A stretch of DNA of 63,960 nt, the filler included, from Asterionella formosa (taxonomy: Eukaryota): assembly GCA_002256025.1 (NCBI GenBank). It is 4 parts of 4 records of this genome, joined end to end, with 100 filler letters (N's around TTAATTAATTAA, not from the genome) between each part and the next. Parts side by side here need not be neighbours in the genome. Positions count along the whole stretch, not along the records: positions 43,213 to 63,960 come from NKIB01003251.1; 3 more parts are not named here. The stretch is one strand, 5' to 3'. A program made the position numbers and the translations under genes. Of this stretch, positions 59,746 through 63,960 are shown piece by piece (the stretch's first letter is position 1; the number at the start of each line of letters is the position of its first letter). The notes beneath the pieces are model-generated. The model saw nothing but the letters and a program-made list of their open reading frames with translations, had not been told where the DNA came from and made no database searches.

Positions 59746-60516
59746 TCAAAGTTCGTCGATTGTCCTCGGTTCGTCCTCTTCTTCTTCCTCACTATTGTCA
59801 CCTTCACCTTCACCCTCATCGTCTTCCAAAAAGAAATCATCATCCCAGTCCGCATCGTCCATATCATCAAAGTCAATACCTGCTACCAACCCACTAGGCA
59901 TAGCATCATCGTCACCGCCAAACGCACCAACCGATTCTCGTTTGTATCCAGCCGCCACCTTATCAATCAAATACATAACATCCACAGCTGCCGAGACATC
60001 TGCTTGCACAAAGGATAGATTCGGAATAGTCTTCATGTGTGACAGATTCTGAGCCAAGCTGTGTCGAATATACTTGGTATTCTCCACCAACCATGCGTAC
60101 GCCCGCCGGCGATCCACAGCCGCGTTTGTTCCTTCGCGTGCCTCGTTTTCGCCTCCCTTTCTGATAGAAACCACGATTCTTGCCTGTCTTAAATCCGGCG
60201 AGACGTCGGCATTGATGATACTGATTCTCCGCCGAAGTTCGTCGTCCAAGTAGTCAACGTCGCCTTTGATGACGCCGCGGTGGATAATGGTGGATAGTTC
60301 GGTGCGAACGAGGTGACCGACGCGTTCTTGACGCTTGGATCGCTCCTTTCCGCCACGAGGTGTGGATCTGCCTTGTGTAGGCTTGTGGAAGTTCGCAAAG
60401 AGTTGAGTAGAAAGTATTCTGGTGGAGGTGGGGCCGATTGCAAACGCAGTGGCAACGTCCACTACGCCAATCATTAAAAGCGCCATTGCAGCAATGAGAA
60501 CATGCAATCTCTGCAT
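59746..60516 (-). CDS. rbfA: Ribosome-binding factor A, predicted plastid-targeted
   Basis: RQERVGHLVRTELSTII, DVSPDLRQARI and IRHSLAQ...IPNLSF. Signal ends ATA-FAI. Acidic tail. Confidence 0.88.
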   Translation of the reverse strand: MQRLHVLIAAMALLMIGVVDVATAFAIGPTSTRILSTQLFANFHKPTQGRSTPRGGKERSKRQERVGHLVRTELSTIIHRGVIKGDVDYLDDELRRRISIINADVSPDLRQARIVVSIRKGGENEAREGTNAAVDRRRAYAWLVENTKYIRHSLAQNLSHMKTIPNLSFVQADVSAAVDVMYLIDKVAAGYKRESVGAFGGDDDAMPSGLVAGIDFDDMDDADWDDDFFLEDDEGEGEGDNSEEEEEDEPRTIDEL

Positions 60517-61091
60517 TCTTGTTGCGGGGGTGTGAAGCGTGAGAACAAAGGAGAACTGAGCTTGGGACGTCGATGCAATAGTGATCTGTTGGGAACAGTC
60601 GTACCGGTAACATCAATGTTCTTTGAGAGTGGTCCAGTTCGTCTGTCCCTCCCCCTACGTGCATAATTTTTTTTTCACATCAAGCAAAGAAATTCAGGTA
60701 GGCCCCGATGATCATTATATTTTAGATGGCTGCTGATGATGCATGACTCCTCGCTCAGCTATGTACGTATACATACGGTATTTGGGTGCTACGGTACTGG
60801 TACCAGGTACGAGGTACCAGGTACCCTGGTACTTACTAGGGTATAGAATGGATGTGGTCTGCATCCTATGTTTTTGATTACCGTTTTTTTCCCTTTTCAT
60901 GCTCATGATCAGCCAGCTATCATACCAAATTGTGATACTGTACTGTACTGTTCTCTACTCTACTGTCCTGTACCCATGTACCAGGGTACCTGGTACCTGG
61001 TACCCTGATATTGTCCTAAGAAAAATGTGTTGCAAATGATTTTGATGATATGATAGATCATCCTATTTCTGTTTTTTTTGTGACTACGACC

Positions 61092-62147
61092 ATGCGAACG
61101 GCCGCCTTCGCCTGTTTTGTTTCCTTTTTGTGTACAGCCAATCATGCAATAGCGTTCATAAGAATGCATTCTAGACGAAGACTAGAAGTATCAACTACGC
61201 CTTGCGCTGATTCGACTTTGCATTCGTTGTCATACGAATCATTACCATGCTTCTACCTGAGCAGAACAAATTCAAGAACACGAGCCAATCAGATTATGCA
61301 ATCACCAGGACCAAGGCCACTATCACACCTCTTTACAAATCGTGACAACAACAACAATAACAGCGAAAAAAACAATAACAGCAACTCAATAGAAAGAGAA
61401 TCAAGAATTAAAGACAAGGCCTTCCTGCAACGAGCCAAACACTGGGTAGTTATCGTTGACGACGAAGAAGCCATTCGCTTGGCCGTCGGCGACTACCTCT
61501 TCGAAAATGGTTACAAAGTCACTGCTTGTGCCGACGCCGATGCCATGATACATGTGGTTTCAACGCCACCGTCAGAAGAAGCCCTTCCCATTGTCCCGGA
61601 CGCTATCATCTCGGACATTCGCATGCCAGGGACGAACGGACTGCAACTCTTGCAAATCATTCGAAGTAATGAGAGATTGGAGCGGGTGCCCGTCATTTTG
61701 TTGACCGCCAAGGCCATGACACAAGATCGTATTTCTGGGTATAAGGCAGGCGCCGATGTCTATTTGCCAAAGCCATTTGATCCTGACGAATTACTCACGA
61801 TTGTGGACAATTGTATACTGAGGCGGAAGCAAATGACAGGAGAAAAGGCAAAGTTGGTGGATTTGAAGCAGGATATGAATAACATCAAAGAAATTTTGAG
61901 GCAAAACGGAAGTAAAGTTGTCAAGAGCACTGACGTGTACTTGACTACAACGGAGCGAGAGGTTCTGGACTTTCTGGCAAGAGGATTTACAAACAAAGAG
62001 ATCGCGGAAAAGAGAGGGACGACACCTTTTGTGGTTGGCCGGACGGTACAAAAAATGTACGTCATGACAGATACTAGAACAAAAACGGAGTTGGTTCGTT
62101 GGGCCCTTCAAACGGGATACTTAAATCCGCGAGGAAGACCAGATTGA
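61092..62147 (+). CDS. NarL/LuxR-type response regulator (Ycf29-like), predicted plastid-targeted
   Basis: REC domain (IVDDE, ISDIRMPG, LTAK, YLPKPFD) plus LuxR-type HTH (LTTTEREVL..LARGFTNKEIA). Signal ends AIA-FIR. Confidence 0.85.
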   Translation: MRTAAFACFVSFLCTANHAIAFIRMHSRRRLEVSTTPCADSTLHSLSYESLPCFYLSRTNSRTRANQIMQSPGPRPLSHLFTNRDNNNNNSEKNNNSNSIERESRIKDKAFLQRAKHWVVIVDDEEAIRLAVGDYLFENGYKVTACADADAMIHVVSTPPSEEALPIVPDAIISDIRMPGTNGLQLLQIIRSNERLERVPVILLTAKAMTQDRISGYKAGADVYLPKPFDPDELLTIVDNCILRRKQMTGEKAKLVDLKQDMNNIKEILRQNGSKVVKSTDVYLTTTEREVLDFLARGFTNKEIAEKRGTTPFVVGRTVQKMYVMTDTRTKTELVRWALQTGYLNPRGRPD

Positions 62148-62430
62148 GCAATTCGTGATCCCAACTGAAAATCAACGAAACGATATCCTTGATAGACATT
62201 AGAACATGCACAACCTTATAAGGTGCTAGAAGCAAGGCTTCAAGGGAAATATTTGATACTTTCATGTTTTTGTCTATCACTTTCCTATTCGTTAGTTTAT
62301 GAATATGATACAGGCGTAAGATATCATCCGAGTGCAAGATGTGTTCCCTTCGGGCGACCCAATTCTATACTGGTTTATTGATTGAGTACGCATTCAAATG
62401 TTGATGTGGAATATACCGAAAGTTGTATGA

Positions 62431-63758
62431 TTACCCAAAGACTCTAAAGTAGAATTCCCTCACAAACCACTTAATACCATGACGTTCTTCAATGTCTTCG
62501 TCAAAAACTTCCTGACCTTCCTTGGTACCTGCTTGAAATTCCTCCAAAGTCCATCCAAAGCTTTTGAGCGCCTTTTCATGTCGCTCGTCATCAATATGAT
62601 GAATCATGCGATATTTGTTGAGCTCTTCGCGTCGCTTTGCCATGTAACGAGGATGCTCCAGCATATTGTGCAAAATCGCTGCATACCGATGATCATTTTG
62701 CTCGTTTCGTTTCAGAGTCCACAGTTCAGGGTCGTCAATCACACCGGACGCTAGCAACTGCCGCTGTGACTTTAATTTTCTCACAATATCCCAACTCAGG
62801 GCTGCCTTAATGGCTCGTCGGAGACCCTTCTCTCGGTGTAGCAAGTCCATCAAGTCGTTGCGCTCCCAGCACAGGCAGTGAGACTCGCGGGTTGCGATAA
62901 TGCTGCAACAAGATTCCACCTTACCGGGAAGTAAGAGACCGGCATGAAGACCACATTCCGAGACAAAGTTTCCCTCTTGAAGCTTGTAGGTGGCTTGATT
63001 GTCACGATGGACTTCCAATTCACCATCTAGAACCAGCCTGACGCGTGAGTTCATTTCTCCCTAAAAGGCTGCGTCGTGAGAAAGATGACAAATCAAGGGA
63101 TGTAATTCAACGCGTACATCCCAACCAGTATACTTACTTGAGATACCAAAATATCGCCAGCTTTGAAGGTCTCCAGATTTCCACATCTCACCAATCTTGC
63201 AAAATCAGGTGGATCCATTATGTAGAAATGGTCATTTCTGAGTTGGATCATTTGTGGACTCAGTTGCTCCGCCAAGTATCGATCCAAAAAAACTTTTCCA
63301 ATTCGATATGAGTTGATCAAAATGAATAGAACATTCCATTTGAAGGGCAGCCACAAGACACGACCGTGAGGATGAAAGTAGGTGAAGAAAAGCATGACTG
63401 AACTTCCTGCAACAGCAATGATACGGAGATGCAAAAAGTCGTCAACTGCATAGGAGATAGCCACCAAGATAAAGGATGAGTGGCCAAAAACTTCCGACAG
63501 ATTCGCAGTGTAGTGTCGAGGACTTATCCATCGCGGGACTGGCACAGTCCTAGGCTTCAGCATGACATCGCGAAGGAACGATTCCCGAAAGAGGGGAGGC
63601 AGCTGTCGTTTTTCACCAGCTCCTACGTTGGCAAAGGTCGACTTTCTTCGACGAATCGTTGATTTGAGGCGAATCTGCTGAAACTGAGTCGCCATGTTCA
63701 AGGCGCGAAGGTGCGATCTCGTGCGTTGCACCACGGCTGGAAGGCGAGCTGACAACAT
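62431..63758 (-). CDS. Popeye-like membrane domain plus cyclic-nucleotide-binding-like domain protein, 2 exons: 63758-63138 and 63060-62431
   Basis: Three hydrophobic helices (SYAVDDFLHLRIIAV...WNVLFILIN), then GDILVSQGE..SRVRLVLDGELEV...LQEGNFVSE. Phase-0 intron at 63061-63137. Confidence 0.75.
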
Positions 63759-63960
63759 CCCCTCTACCGATTGCTTCGACACATAAATGTTTTTGTTCTG
63801 ATTGGTGCAATGGCAGCAACTTCTGTGATGCCAAACAATTGGTTTTAACTAGACCTCTGTATTCAAGTCAGTGGTTGGCGGTGCTAGATTCTAAAGCTGC
63901 TGATCTGGCAGACGCACCATTGCCGCCACGACACTTGTTTTCAGGTTGTCGAACAGAACG

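Noticed and set aside
57201..62147. Bacterial contamination or operon explanation for rluD, rbfA and the response regulator
   Set aside because: All carry eukaryotic targeting leaders, lie on mixed strands, and are contiguous with intron-containing genes.

Overview
Nuclear DNA of a eukaryote, almost certainly a diatom or close photosynthetic stramenopile. The evidence is short GT-AG introns, bipartite signal+transit presequences with ASAFAP-like cleavage motifs, DUF6824-like proteins and a CryptonS-like relic. The window joins four contigs with artificial N-TTAATTAATTAA-N spacers. It holds about 20 protein genes: a GDPD, two LON-N-domain paralogues, a NudC/CS protein, WDR5, an atypical Rab, an 8x PDZ-like protein, MTR4, an Arb2/FAM172-like protein, a SHAQKYF-type Myb, two DUF6824-like proteins, an alpha-CA-like protein, a class I aminotransferase, a USP, RluD, RbfA, a Ycf29-like regulator, a Popeye/cNMP protein and one hypothetical. 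There are two tRNA genes (Val-CAC, Gly-TCC) and TE relics (Gypsy, Copia with LTR, Harbinger, Tc1/IS630-like, Crypton). Three non-coding signals stand out. (1) A tRNA-derived SINE-like family, one copy with a clean ~18-bp target-site duplication. (2) Tandem GGTACCW arrays upstream of almost every gene and missing from convergent 3' intergenic regions. (3) A 2.8-kb non-autonomous element with 10-bp TIRs and a 4-bp TSD, with a second inverted copy 12 kb away. All calls come from reading the sequence and motifs by eye; no searches were run.
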